Assembly: GCA_035566895.1 (NCBI GenBank)
Contig: DATMQA010000088.1
Span: forward strand, 1-64,000
Origin: Candidatus Binatia bacterium
GTDB taxonomy: Bacteria > Verrucomicrobiota > Verrucomicrobiia > Limisphaerales > UBA8199
Direction of reading: 5' to 3'
DNA length: 64,000 nt
Shown: piece by piece, positions 28,092 to 37,198 of the stretch
How the letters are laid out: the number at the start of each line of letters is the position of its first letter
Numbering within the stretch: position 1 is the first letter of the stretch
Notes under the pieces: generated by a model
Database searches by the model: none
The model's input: the letters and a program-made list of their open reading frames with translations, nothing else
Told to the model about the DNA's origin: nothing
Translations under genes and position numbers: made by a program

Positions 28092-29225
28092 TTATTTCGA
28101 CTGCTTCAACAGCTTCGCCAGATGCTTCTTCCAGACGGCGGCGAGCGTGTGGGTTCCGTGGCCGCGGGTTCGGTCGCTCATCGGCATGACGAGCGCCTGC
28201 CCCTTGGGCACGCGTTTGATCTCGCGTTGGAGGATGCCCAGCTCAGGCGGATTGATGAGGTCGTCCGCAAAATTGATCGCGAGCAATGGAGCTTTGATTT
28301 GTTGGAGGCCGGGGCCGGGATCATAATCGTGTGAAGCTTCAAGCGCGTAGAGCACGTCATTGGCATCGTGGGTTTTCAGTGTGCTGGCGACGCTGGCATC
28401 CAACAGCTTATCAGCCTGTTCCAGTGTCGGGGCCTCCTTCTGCCGCTGGACCGGGTTGTTTCCCATGAAATAGAGGACCTCCGCTGCAACGCCCAGGCCA
28501 TGAGGCTGGGTTTGGTATTCGCCGTTCTGCCAACCGGGATCGGTGCGGATGGCATCGATGATCATGCGGCGCCAGACGCGGTTGCGGCCAGAGATCTGGG
28601 TCGGGAAGCTGGCCAGAGGCAGCAGAGCGTCCATGAAGTCCGGGTGCGTTTCGCCCCAAAGCCAGGTGTGCATGCCGCCCATCGAGGTGCCCATCACGAG
28701 CCGCAAGTGATTTACTTTCAACCCTTCGGTAACCAGCCGGTACTGCGCCTCGATCATATCGCGGTAACCGTAATGTGGAAACCGCGCGTGTAGTCCGTCG
28801 CTGGGTTTGGTGGATTGCCCGTGGCCGATGCCGTCCGGGAGAATGATGTAGTAACGGGTCGCGTCCAGGATTTGGCCTGGGCTGAAAAGTTCGCCGGCGA
28901 ACTCGCGCCGGATGAAGTTGCCGCCGTTGCCGGTGGTGCCGTGCAGGACGAGGATCGCGTTCCGGACGAGACCCTGCGCGTCGCGCTGCGGCGTTCCCAC
29001 CGTGCGATAGTGGATGCGCAGTTCGGGCAAATTTTCACCGGAACGAAAATGGAAATCGCGGATGAGATAATCGCCGGCCTGCGGCGCCGGATAATCGGCG
29101 GCGGAAAGGAGGCTGATTGGGGAAAGGAGCAGGAGGAGAAAGGAGCCAGCGAGCCGAGCTGTTATGCGGCACGAATTGTTCGGGTGCATGGGGGAAACCA
29201 TAGATTGGCGCTTGTAGCTTGCCAA
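28092..29225 (-). CDS. Secreted alpha/beta-hydrolase (homoserine O-acetyltransferase-like fold)
   Basis: Signal peptide. Nucleophile elbow 'GTSMGGM'. MetX-like overall pattern. Start codon is uncertain. Confidence 0.75.
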   Translation of the reverse strand: MASYKRQSMVSPMHPNNSCRITARLAGSFLLLLLSPISLLSAADYPAPQAGDYLIRDFHFRSGENLPELRIHYRTVGTPQRDAQGLVRNAILVLHGTTGNGGNFIRREFAGELFSPGQILDATRYYIILPDGIGHGQSTKPSDGLHARFPHYGYRDMIEAQYRLVTEGLKVNHLRLVMGTSMGGMHTWLWGETHPDFMDALLPLASFPTQISGRNRVWRRMIIDAIRTDPGWQNGEYQTQPHGLGVAAEVLYFMGNNPVQRQKEAPTLEQADKLLDASVASTLKTHDANDVLYALEASHDYDPGPGLQQIKAPLLAINFADDLINPPELGILQREIKRVPKGQALVMPMSDRTRGHGTHTLAAVWKKHLAKLLKQSK

Positions 29226-29236
29226 TGCGGATCGGA

Positions 29237-29294
29237 GTAGTAATCAGTAATCAGTAATCAGCAATCAGTAGTCACTAATCAGTAGTCAGTAATG
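29237..29294. repeat. Heptanucleotide tandem repeat (GTAATCA)x8 with point variants
   Basis: gtagtaatcagtaatcagtaatcagcaatcagtagtcactaatcagtagtcagtaatga; lies immediately upstream (promoter side) of the 28092..29225 gene. Confidence 0.85.
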
Positions 29295-29331
29295 ATTGAC
29301 CAGTGCTCGCGGGTGAGCGGGGAGGCTTAAC

Positions 29332-30015
29332 CTATTTAATGCTTCCGACGAGCGCGGCGCGGTCGCGCAACTCGGCCAACCCCGCTTCGAGTTCGGCGCG
29401 CGGCAAGTTGCCGGCCGCAAGGCTCGAGTCACTTTGCCCCTGAAGCCGCCGATAGAACGAGAGGCCGAAATCCACCAGGCCCGGATGCCCAGGCTCGGCT
29501 TCCAGCATCCCAAAGAGCGCGTCCTCCGCTTTGGCGAATTGCCCGGTGCGCTCATAATGCTGCATCAGCAGTCCATGTGTCGGGAGCGGTAGCGGCGCCT
29601 CGCCCAAAGACGCTACGAAGCTTTCGACTTTGGGGACGAAATCCGGAAAATCGGAAACCTCGCCCTGGGCAAGGATATTGAGCAAGAGATTCAGCCCTTT
29701 CAAGTAGCAAGCGCGGCTTTCGTGCTCTCGGTTTTGTGCGGCGGCGATATCGCCGGCCTCTTTGAGCAAGGTGGTGAGCAGGAGCGTTTTTTGCCGTACC
29801 GCCTGTGTGGGTTCGCCCTGGATAAGCCTGGCCAGAAGTTCCGTCTCGCTGAGTTGGACCACTGCCTTGGCTCCCTGGCCCATCAGCCGCTGAAATTCCT
29901 CATCCACCGTCCCGGCCGCCTCTTGCCAGTGCTGGCCTTGCTTGAGCGATTTGATGCGGGATAGCGCCTGGAAAAACTCTTCGATCATCCGCAGGATGTA
30001 ATCGCGCCGAATCAT
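29332..30015 (-). CDS. Hypothetical helical protein
   Basis: 227-aa ORF with ATG start and good GC3 bias. No recognised motif. Confidence 0.6.
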   Translation of the reverse strand: MIRRDYILRMIEEFFQALSRIKSLKQGQHWQEAAGTVDEEFQRLMGQGAKAVVQLSETELLARLIQGEPTQAVRQKTLLLTTLLKEAGDIAAAQNREHESRACYLKGLNLLLNILAQGEVSDFPDFVPKVESFVASLGEAPLPLPTHGLLMQHYERTGQFAKAEDALFGMLEAEPGHPGLVDFGLSFYRRLQGQSDSSLAAGNLPRAELEAGLAELRDRAALVGSIK

Positions 30016-30037
30016 GGTAAATCCACCGCTCCAGCCA

Positions 30038-30135
30038 AAGAGTTAAATGGGTCAAAAGAGTTAACTGAGTTAAATGAGGGACACGGCTTTTGAGAACCCA
30101 CAAGAAATTTGCGCATGCTGCGCAAACTTTGAAGG
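30038..30135. repeat. Intergenic element, copy A: 9-10-bp GAGTTAAAT/GTTAAAAGG-type tandem units plus conserved tail containing palindrome TTTGCGCA-TGC-TGCGCAAA
   Basis: Shares unit and tail with 31166-31250 and 31993-32105. Confidence 0.75.
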
Positions 30136-30175
30136 AAGCAGTACGAAGAACGGCTGACGAGAAAGCGAAATTCCT

Positions 30176-31075
30176 TCATCGGTGCCCGCCGCCGTGTCCA
30201 CCACCGAATCCGCCGCCCCTGGCACCACCGCTGAATCCGCCTCTGAATCCGCCACCGAAACTCCGAGTGCCGCCGAAGGCGCTGCTGCGGGTGGCCATCA
30301 TGCCTGGGCGGCTGCCGAAACTGCGGGCCGGAGCGAACGGGGCGGAAGACCTGGCGGCGAAGGAGGTTCGAGGAAACCCTCCGAAAGGACGCGAGGCGAA
30401 CCGCTGGTTTGGACCACCAAAGCGGTGGTGGAAATCAAAATCGCGATCAAAACGGCGGCGGCCGAAATCGAAATCACGGAAATGCCGATGTCCGAAGAAG
30501 TCGAAGCTGGCAAAGAAAGGCGAGTAGAATCCCCACGGGTAGCCGTAATTGTACCACCAGTAGCTGGAGTAGTAAGGATAAGCGTATGGATAGGCCGGGT
30601 ATCCGTAATCTACATACCCAGGCTCGATGCCATAATCATAGGGGTAAGCGGGGGCTTGAGGGTAAGCGTAATTGGGAGTTTGGGGATAAGGATAAACCGG
30701 GGCGGTCGGAACGCCGTTACCCTGACCGGCTCGCACCTCACCGCCGCGCTGCAACATGGCGGCCAGGACATCATCAGGAACACCCCGCTCTTTCAGCGCG
30801 ATAATTTCCGAGGCGGTCGGATTATAGGCGACGGTCGAGTTTTTGATGTAGGCCTTGATGACGTCGGTGCCTACCCTGGCGTCCACCATCTTCAGAATCT
30901 CGGCGGCTCCTGGGGAATACCTGACCGTAGAGACAGTTGGTGTGGTGGTTTGGGCGGCCGGCGCGTCTACCGTTGTCAATGCGCCAGCCGGCAGCACGAA
31001 CGTCGCGCCTGTAAACACCCCAAAGGTCATCAACCCTCCGGCCAAGCGCCCCTTCATTCGCTTCAAGATTCTCAT
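30176..31075 (-). CDS. Secreted low-complexity protein (two ~30-aa 'EIIALKERGVPDDVLAAMLQ'-like modules, then Tyr/Pro-rich and Gly/Arg/Phe-rich tail)
   Basis: Signal peptide. Strong GC3 bias despite low complexity. Confidence 0.7.
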   Translation of the reverse strand: MRILKRMKGRLAGGLMTFGVFTGATFVLPAGALTTVDAPAAQTTTPTVSTVRYSPGAAEILKMVDARVGTDVIKAYIKNSTVAYNPTASEIIALKERGVPDDVLAAMLQRGGEVRAGQGNGVPTAPVYPYPQTPNYAYPQAPAYPYDYGIEPGYVDYGYPAYPYAYPYYSSYWWYNYGYPWGFYSPFFASFDFFGHRHFRDFDFGRRRFDRDFDFHHRFGGPNQRFASRPFGGFPRTSFAARSSAPFAPARSFGSRPGMMATRSSAFGGTRSFGGGFRGGFSGGARGGGFGGGHGGGHR

Positions 31076-31165
31076 AGCGGCTCCTGGTTAAACTGTACGG
31101 AGTACCATTGTCCTTTTGCGCCAGTTGTCAAGTGCTGGGTGGCTCCGGAGCTGACGCTGCAACCA

Positions 31166-31250
31166 ATGAGTTAAATGGGCTAACTGAGTTAAATGAGGAA
31201 CACGGCACCGGCCCGTTTGCGGATGTTGCTGCGCCCGCAGGGCGCTCTTC
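31166..31250. repeat. Intergenic element, copy B (GAGTTAAATGGGCTAACTGAGTTAAATGAGGAACACGGC...)
   Basis: About 90% identical to copy A over the array. Overlaps the annotated 5' end of ORF 31193..31957, so the true start is probably downstream. Confidence 0.7.
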
Positions 31251-31957
31251 GGCGTTGCGCGAGGGGTGAAAACCGGATTATTAGGGCACGAGTGAATTAC
31301 ACGATACGCGGCGCTGACGGGACCCCGAAGCTCGAGACCGACTGGCACGACCCATTCTGGAGCCAGGCCGAAACCCTGGAGATAAGCCACTTTCTCCCCG
31401 AAAGCAGCTCGCATCATCCGCGGACTCAGGTGCGCCTGCTGTATGACGAACGCGGCATACGCGGCATTTTCCAGGTTCACGATCAGTATGTGCGGTGCGT
31501 GCGAACCAATTACTTCGACGAAGTGTGGAAGGACAGTTGCGTGGAGTTTTTTGCCGAGCCGCAGCCTGACCGCGGCTATTTCAATTTCGAGTTCAACTGC
31601 GGCGGGGCGTTTCTCTGCTGTCACATCCTCGACCCGGAGCGGGTGCCCGGCGGATTCAGAGAATTCACCAAAGTGCCGGCCAGCCTTGGCGGACAGATCA
31701 AGGTCTGCTCCTCACTTCCCAGCCGCATCGAGGCGGAAATCGCAGATCCCGTGGTGTGGACGCTGCGTTTTTCCATACCTTTCGCGTTCTTCGAACACTA
31801 CCTCGGTCCACTGGGGGACACAAAGGGTCAGGTCTGGCGCGGGAATTTCTTCAAATGTGCCGAGGAGATTTCACATCCTCATTGGGCGGCCTGGGCGCCA
31901 GTGGACAAATTCGATTTCCATCGGCCCGAGTGCTTCGGGACGCTGCGGTTTGTTTAA
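31193..31957 (+). CDS. Hypothetical protein (possibly carbohydrate-binding/DOMON-like; true start likely near 31290, GTG)
   Basis: Good coding signal from about 31290 onward (WHDPFWSQAETLEISHF...). The upstream 30 codons overlap a repeat element. Confidence 0.55.
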   Translation: MRNTAPARLRMLLRPQGALRRCARGENRIIRARVNYTIRGADGTPKLETDWHDPFWSQAETLEISHFLPESSSHHPRTQVRLLYDERGIRGIFQVHDQYVRCVRTNYFDEVWKDSCVEFFAEPQPDRGYFNFEFNCGGAFLCCHILDPERVPGGFREFTKVPASLGGQIKVCSSLPSRIEAEIADPVVWTLRFSIPFAFFEHYLGPLGDTKGQVWRGNFFKCAEEISHPHWAAWAPVDKFDFHRPECFGTLRFV

Positions 31958-31992
31958 CCACGGATGAACACAGCGCGGCAAAGCCGCAACCA

Positions 31993-32105
31993 AAGAGTTA
32001 AAAAGGTTAAAAAGGTTAGAAAAGTTAAATGGGTTAAAAGAGTTAGATCCGGGACGCACGTTTGCGCACGCACAAGAAGTTTGATAAAGCTGCGCAAACT
32101 AAAAG
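31993..32105. repeat. Intergenic element, copy C (AGTTAAAAAGGTTAAAAAGGTTAGAAAAGTTAAATGGGTTAAAAGAGTTAGATCC plus tail with TTTGCGCA...TGCGCAAACT)
   Basis: Same unit and tail as copies A and B. Confidence 0.75.
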
Positions 32106-32169
32106 TGACGCAGAAGCGCTTTTCTGCCTTTTTGATTCTCCTATCTCCCGTCTCTCGAGATTCGGCCTG

Positions 32170-32913
32170 CTACTTGCTCGCATCCGGGGCGGGCGCCTGC
32201 TTTTGCTGGACCGGCCACTCGAAGCTGAGTTTGACCGGGTCGCCGGTACTGAGTAAACCGATTAACACTGGCGCTTCCACTTTGAAGTCGCTCATCTTGA
32301 GAGTAATGGAACCCGAAATCTTGAGCTTTTTATCCCCCAGGGGCAATACGTTGACCGGCATGGAAATGGAATTGGTGACGCCAGCGACGGCCAATTCGCC
32401 TTTGGAATCGAACACATAAGGCAGGTCTTTGCTCCGGGGCGACTCTTTGAGCACGAGCTCGATTGAGTGATAGGTGATGCGCGGGTTGGCAGCGCTTTTC
32501 ATCTTGTCATACATCACCTCGTCCATCTTGTCGCTGTAATGGGAGCCGTCTTTTTCAACGCTCTTGAGCCCCCGCACGGGAATGTAAGCTTTCACTTCGG
32601 CCTGGACTTTGCCGGGCGTGGCTGCCTGGCCGGGTTCGGTGGGAAAACCGGGCCCGACTTCGATGGACCCGCCGATGATATGGCCCTCGACCTGCCAATC
32701 GTGAATGGTAGAAGTGCCTTCGATGCGCACCTTCATGTCCGGACCCGACTTTGCATCGAAACGCGTTAAGCCAGCCGCGACGACGGGTGGAGGATTGGTT
32801 TTTTCAAGGTCGGCCAGCGAAGGCTCCTCGTGCTTCGGAGGTTTCGCGCAACCCGCCGCAAGTGCCAGTACGAAGATGGCCATGGCTGCCCTGCCGACCC
32901 TCTGAAATTCCAT
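32170..32913 (-). CDS. YceI-like family lipoprotein (paralog 1)
   Basis: Start at ATG 32913 (MEFQRVGRAAMAIFVLALAAGC lipobox). YceI-like beta-barrel pattern. About 85% identical to the adjacent paralog. Confidence 0.8.
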   Translation of the reverse strand: MEFQRVGRAAMAIFVLALAAGCAKPPKHEEPSLADLEKTNPPPVVAAGLTRFDAKSGPDMKVRIEGTSTIHDWQVEGHIIGGSIEVGPGFPTEPGQAATPGKVQAEVKAYIPVRGLKSVEKDGSHYSDKMDEVMYDKMKSAANPRITYHSIELVLKESPRSKDLPYVFDSKGELAVAGVTNSISMPVNVLPLGDKKLKISGSITLKMSDFKVEAPVLIGLLSTGDPVKLSFEWPVQQKQAPAPDASK

Positions 32914-32990
32914 AGTCACAATCTGGATTTGCGCGAAGCGGGGAGGGCATCTCGGTCCGCGGCCCGCCGTGAGAGGTCTGACCTCGGGCT

Positions 32991-33668
32991 TTATTTGCTG
33001 GCGTCCGCGGCAGGCGCCTGCTTCTGCTGGACCGGCCACTCGAAGCTGAGTTTGACGGGGTCGCCGGTGCTCAAAATTCCGATCAGCACGGGCGCTTCCA
33101 CCTTGAAATCGCTCATCTTGAGAGTAGTGGAACCGGAAATCTTCAGCTTTTTATCCCCCAGGGGCAATACGTTGACCGGCATGGAAATGGTATTGGTGAC
33201 TCCGGCTACGGCCAGTTCGCCCTTGGAATCAAACACGTAAGGCAGATCCTTGCTCTTCGGCGCCTCTTTAAGCACAAGTTCGGTCGAATGATAAGTGATG
33301 CGCGGGTTGGCAGCGCTTTTCATCTTGTCGTACATCACCTCGTCCATCTTGTCGCTGTAATGGGAGCCGTCTTTTTCGACGCTCTTGAGCACCCGCACCG
33401 GAATGTAGGCCTTTACTTCGGCCTGGACCTTGCCGGGCGTGACGGTCTGGCCCGGCTCCGTGGGAAAACCCGGCCCCACTTCGATGGACCCGCCGATGAT
33501 GTGGCCCTCGACCTGCCAATCGTGAATGGTAGAAGTGCCTTCGATGCGCACCTTCATGTCCGGACCCGACTTCGCGTCGAAACGTGTCGTCGGCTCGGCG
33601 GCCCGCGACAGAGAGGCCAGGGCAAGACCCAGGACGATTTGGCCAGCGAGTAAATTTCGTGTTTTCAT
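32991..33668 (-). CDS. YceI-like family protein (paralog 2, signal peptide)
   Basis: MKTRNLLAGQIVLGLALASLSRA signal peptide. Tandem duplicate of 32170..32913. Confidence 0.8.
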   Translation of the reverse strand: MKTRNLLAGQIVLGLALASLSRAAEPTTRFDAKSGPDMKVRIEGTSTIHDWQVEGHIIGGSIEVGPGFPTEPGQTVTPGKVQAEVKAYIPVRVLKSVEKDGSHYSDKMDEVMYDKMKSAANPRITYHSTELVLKEAPKSKDLPYVFDSKGELAVAGVTNTISMPVNVLPLGDKKLKISGSTTLKMSDFKVEAPVLIGILSTGDPVKLSFEWPVQQKQAPAADASK

Positions 33669-33755
33669 ATTCCTAATTTTCGAGTTGCGCAGCCGCTTGA
33701 GCTGCAATTTTGATTTTTAGACCCAACCGCCAGAAAGATGCGATCCGAATTTCGC

Positions 33756-35126
33756 TTACGAATTCAAGGCAAACAGCTCTGGCTGGATGAGCACCCGTTG
33801 ATGACTCATCACCGCTTCGTTGGCTTTGATGGCAACCACTGTGGCCCGATAGGCATCCAGGTAGCTGCACATGTGCCGTTTCGGCACGTTCTTGCTGAGA
33901 TATTCGAGCAAACCCTTGACGTCATCAGCGCCGTTCAAATCGACATAATCCTGTGTGTTGCCGGCGATGTCTGCGGCGGTGAGAACGAAGTTTTCCAAGG
34001 CATGGTCCAGAGGAGTCCTTTCCAGCGCTTTTTTGGCCTCAGGGCTGTCGTTCACCACGGCTTTGCTGGCGTCGGCGAGCAGCGCAATGCCCGTATCTTT
34101 GTAGAAGGTCTCTTTGCGAGCATAGACTTCCCAGCCCAGCAGCGGCGAATTGACTTCTTTGAACATCCAGGCCTTGCTGTCGCGGAGCATCACCGCCGCG
34201 TTGTTGCCGTAAAACATCTCGTACTCGCTATCGAAGGAATTGGCCAGCGTCGCGTCGTAGATCATATTGACGCCGCCGGGGAACTCCAGCACCACCTGGA
34301 TCGTATCGGGCACTTCCCGCCCATCGTCTCGGTGGACAAGGAGCGACCCAAACCCAGTGACCGCCACCGGCTGCCCATTCAAAAACCAACAGGCCTGGTC
34401 CAGCGGATGGCACCCAATCTCGCCGACCAGTCCGAGCGAAATTGACTTATCCAGCCGCCAGTTGAGCTCTTTCTCGCGTTCGGGGTTCGGGGACTGCGAG
34501 CGCCAGGTCTGGAACTTGTGCCACTGCGCGCGCGCCATGACGGTGGTTCCCAGGCAGCCCGAGCGGATGAACGGCAGCAGGAAAGGCCGCTCCGGGTCCG
34601 AGCGCGTCTGGAGTCCCGCTTGAAACAACTGGGTTTTGGGCGCGGCGTGCGCTGCCGAGGCAATCGCTTTCGCATCTTCGATGGTGTTGGCCAGCGGCGC
34701 TTCGCAATAGACATGTTTGCCCGCCTTGAGCGCCTCGATAACAATATCCTTGTGCTTATGTGTCGGAGTGGCGATGACCACGGCCTTGATATCCTTGTTC
34801 TCCAGTATCGTCTTGTAATCAGGAGTCTGGGCTGCCCCGGGCGCCGTCGAGGCGCAACGGCGGAGCGAGGCTGGGTAGGTGTCGCAAATGGCGGCGATGT
34901 CCGCCTGCGGTATCTTGGTCAAACTGGTGAGCAGTTCCCGGCCCCAGGCGCCGAGGCCAATGACGGCGACTTTGGTTTTCGCCCCGGAGTAGGCCGTTTT
35001 CACCGGCTCGGTGGTCTGGGCCAGGAGTTCGACGCCGCCGAGCATCGTCATGATGGTGGCCACTGAACCGCCCTTGAGAAAGTCCCGCCGGTTAAAATCC
35101 TGAGAAATAATTTCGCTGTCTTTCAT
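33756..35126 (-). CDS. Gfo/Idh/MocA family oxidoreductase with TAT signal
   Basis: RRDFLKGGSVATIMTMLGG TAT motif. 'KVAVIGLGAWGRE' Rossmann motif. Confidence 0.9.
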   Translation of the reverse strand: MKDSEIISQDFNRRDFLKGGSVATIMTMLGGVELLAQTTEPVKTAYSGAKTKVAVIGLGAWGRELLTSLTKIPQADIAAICDTYPASLRRCASTAPGAAQTPDYKTILENKDIKAVVIATPTHKHKDIVIEALKAGKHVYCEAPLANTIEDAKAIASAAHAAPKTQLFQAGLQTRSDPERPFLLPFIRSGCLGTTVMARAQWHKFQTWRSQSPNPEREKELNWRLDKSISLGLVGEIGCHPLDQACWFLNGQPVAVTGFGSLLVHRDDGREVPDTIQVVLEFPGGVNMIYDATLANSFDSEYEMFYGNNAAVMLRDSKAWMFKEVNSPLLGWEVYARKETFYKDTGIALLADASKAVVNDSPEAKKALERTPLDHALENFVLTAADIAGNTQDYVDLNGADDVKGLLEYLSKNVPKRHMCSYLDAYRATVVAIKANEAVMSHQRVLIQPELFALNS

Positions 35127-35220
35127 GTCGGTCTCTAAAAGTCGGAAGCATACGGCATCGGTTACGTGTTAGACGAATAAAATCATCCCAGCCATGTCGT
35201 CTAAATTACCGACAGGCGGA

Positions 35221-36120
35221 CTACTCGACCTTTTGCGGCTTGGCATTCCACGATTCCAGGCCCACGGCCCATTTAATGCCATTTAAGATGAGCTGTTGGT
35301 AGGCCTCGGCAACCTCTTTGGAGTTCTTCCGGTCGGTCCAGTTGGGGTCCCACACATCTTCACGATGGCCGAGTGAAGTATAGAACACGCGCCCCTTGCC
35401 GTATTCCTTGCACCAGGAAATCGGGTAGTCACCGGGAGTCTTTTCGTTGGGATGCTTGTCGAGGGTCAGCAGGCCGTGGACTTTGGAGCGGTCGAAGCCA
35501 TTGAAAATGTAAATTTCATCGAAGACCTTCCAGTCTGCGGGCAGCTGCTTGCAAGCGGGGCATCCCTGGTCCTGGTTGAGCACGTCCACCTCTACTTGCG
35601 CATGATGTTCTTTGAATTCAGCGCCGAGCATTTCCACGTAGGAGTCCAGCGGTTTGTGGCCTCGGAAGGTGTCGGTGGCGGAGTGCATGCCAACGAAACC
35701 CTTGCCCGATTTGATCCAGTCCAGGAAAGCCTGTTTGTCCGGCAACGGCAGGTCACCCGTGGTATTCGCAAAAATCACGGCATCGTAGTTTTTGAGCGCC
35801 TCGGGGCTCATCTTTTCGGCGAGGACCTGTTTGATGGCCGCATCCACTTTCGCCGTGTCCGGTTTGCCGTCGTCACCTTTGTATTCAGCGTCCTTGGGCT
35901 CGACCCGGGCGTACTCGACAGTGAAGGCGCCGCTCTTCTCGCCTAACTCAGCGATGATTTTCTCGGCGGTGGGAATCGAGCTGTGGCGGAAACCTTTGGT
36001 AACGGTCACCACCAACACCTTTTTGGGCGCAGCCTGGGCCGAGGGCACGGCACTTAACGCGCAGACAAACAAACCTGTGCAGAGCAGGCTTGCTGATAGG
36101 GAGAGACTCATATTTTTCAT
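35221..36120 (-). CDS. ThuA-like (type-1 glutamine amidotransferase-like) secreted protein
   Basis: Signal peptide. 'VLVVTVTKGFRHSSIP', 'GFVGMHSATDTF', 'VFYTSLGHRED' ThuA signature. Confidence 0.8.
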   Translation of the reverse strand: MKNMSLSLSASLLCTGLFVCALSAVPSAQAAPKKVLVVTVTKGFRHSSIPTAEKIIAELGEKSGAFTVEYARVEPKDAEYKGDDGKPDTAKVDAAIKQVLAEKMSPEALKNYDAVIFANTTGDLPLPDKQAFLDWIKSGKGFVGMHSATDTFRGHKPLDSYVEMLGAEFKEHHAQVEVDVLNQDQGCPACKQLPADWKVFDEIYIFNGFDRSKVHGLLTLDKHPNEKTPGDYPISWCKEYGKGRVFYTSLGHREDVWDPNWTDRKNSKEVAEAYQQLILNGIKWAVGLESWNAKPQKVE

Positions 36121-36365
36121 AAGCTTAATTGGCCAATCAAGGGGCGGTTTCGCAAATCATCAGACTTGCGCACCCGCGATAAAATTCATTTTTGGCCCGC
36201 AGGTCAATCTTAAATAGACCACAGAAAGGCCGTAGAAGTCACAAAACAACCAAGTTTCCCTTTTTTGTGTCCCTTTTTTGTTGCTCTTTGCGCCTCTTTG
36301 TGGCCAATTCAACCCGGCCTCGTTTTATATTGCCACTTTGCCGCGTCCGGCTATTAATAACTCCC

Positions 36366-37088
36366 ATGCAAATCCGCTGCCCAATCAGATTATTCGGACC
36401 TTTTACCGCAATCCTGCTCGCGGCCTCCGCGGCTCCAGCCGCTGCCCCCAATCAACTCACCGACCAGGAGCAAGCCGCCGGATGGAAGCTGCTTTTCGAC
36501 GGCAAAGACACCGCGGGCTGGCGCACCTTCAAGAAGGAAACCTTCCCGAAGAAGGGTTGGGTGGTCGAGGATGGCTGGCTGCATTGCCTGGGCAGCGGCG
36601 GCGGCGACATCATTACCGACGTCGAATTCGACGACTTCGAATTACAATGGGAATGGAAGCAGGCACCTGCCGGCAACAGCGGTGTGAAATATTTCATCAC
36701 CGAGACGCGCAACTCCGCCATCGGTCACGAGTACCAGATGATCGACGAAGCCCTCGAGCCGGACGCCAAATTGGCGGATGGCAAACGCGTCAGCGCCTCG
36801 TTTTATGACGTGCTCAAGCCGACGAAGGTGGCGACGAAGCCGCCGGGGGAGCTTAATCAGTCACGCATCGTGGTGAAAGGCAATCTCGTCGAGCACTGGC
36901 TTAATGGCGAGAAGGTGCTCGAGTACGAATGCGGCAGCGAGGCGCTCAAGGCGGCCGTCGCCGAGAGCAAATTCAAAACCACGGCCGGCTTTGGCGATAA
37001 AATCAAAGGCCACATCCTGCTTCAAGATCATCACAGCGAGGTTTGGTTCCGCAACGTGAAGCTTCGCCCGCTCAACCTCCATTCTTAA
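36366..37088 (+). CDS. DUF1080 (3-keto-disaccharide hydrolase-like) domain secreted protein
   Basis: Signal peptide. 'GWKLLFDGKDTAGWR...GWVVEDGWLH...EFQWEWK...HILLQDHHSEVWFRNVKLRPL'. Confidence 0.8.
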   Translation: MQIRCPIRLFGPFTAILLAASAAPAAAPNQLTDQEQAAGWKLLFDGKDTAGWRTFKKETFPKKGWVVEDGWLHCLGSGGGDIITDVEFDDFELQWEWKQAPAGNSGVKYFITETRNSAIGHEYQMIDEALEPDAKLADGKRVSASFYDVLKPTKVATKPPGELNQSRIVVKGNLVEHWLNGEKVLEYECGSEALKAAVAESKFKTTAGFGDKIKGHILLQDHHSEVWFRNVKLRPLNLHS

Positions 37089-37198
37089 AACGTCCGGGCT
37101 CTTTGAGTTCCCTTGTGGGTGCTTTTGTGGCGAATCGAATCCGCGCAAAACCAAGCCATCCAATTCCGCTCTAAGTTCCGCCACGGAAAGAACCGAAC

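Noticed and set aside
31964-32419. ORF translating 'QRVKKVKKVRKVKWVKRV…'
   Set aside because: Product of reading through the 9-bp GGTTAAAAG tandem array. Periodic Lys-Val is a repeat artefact.
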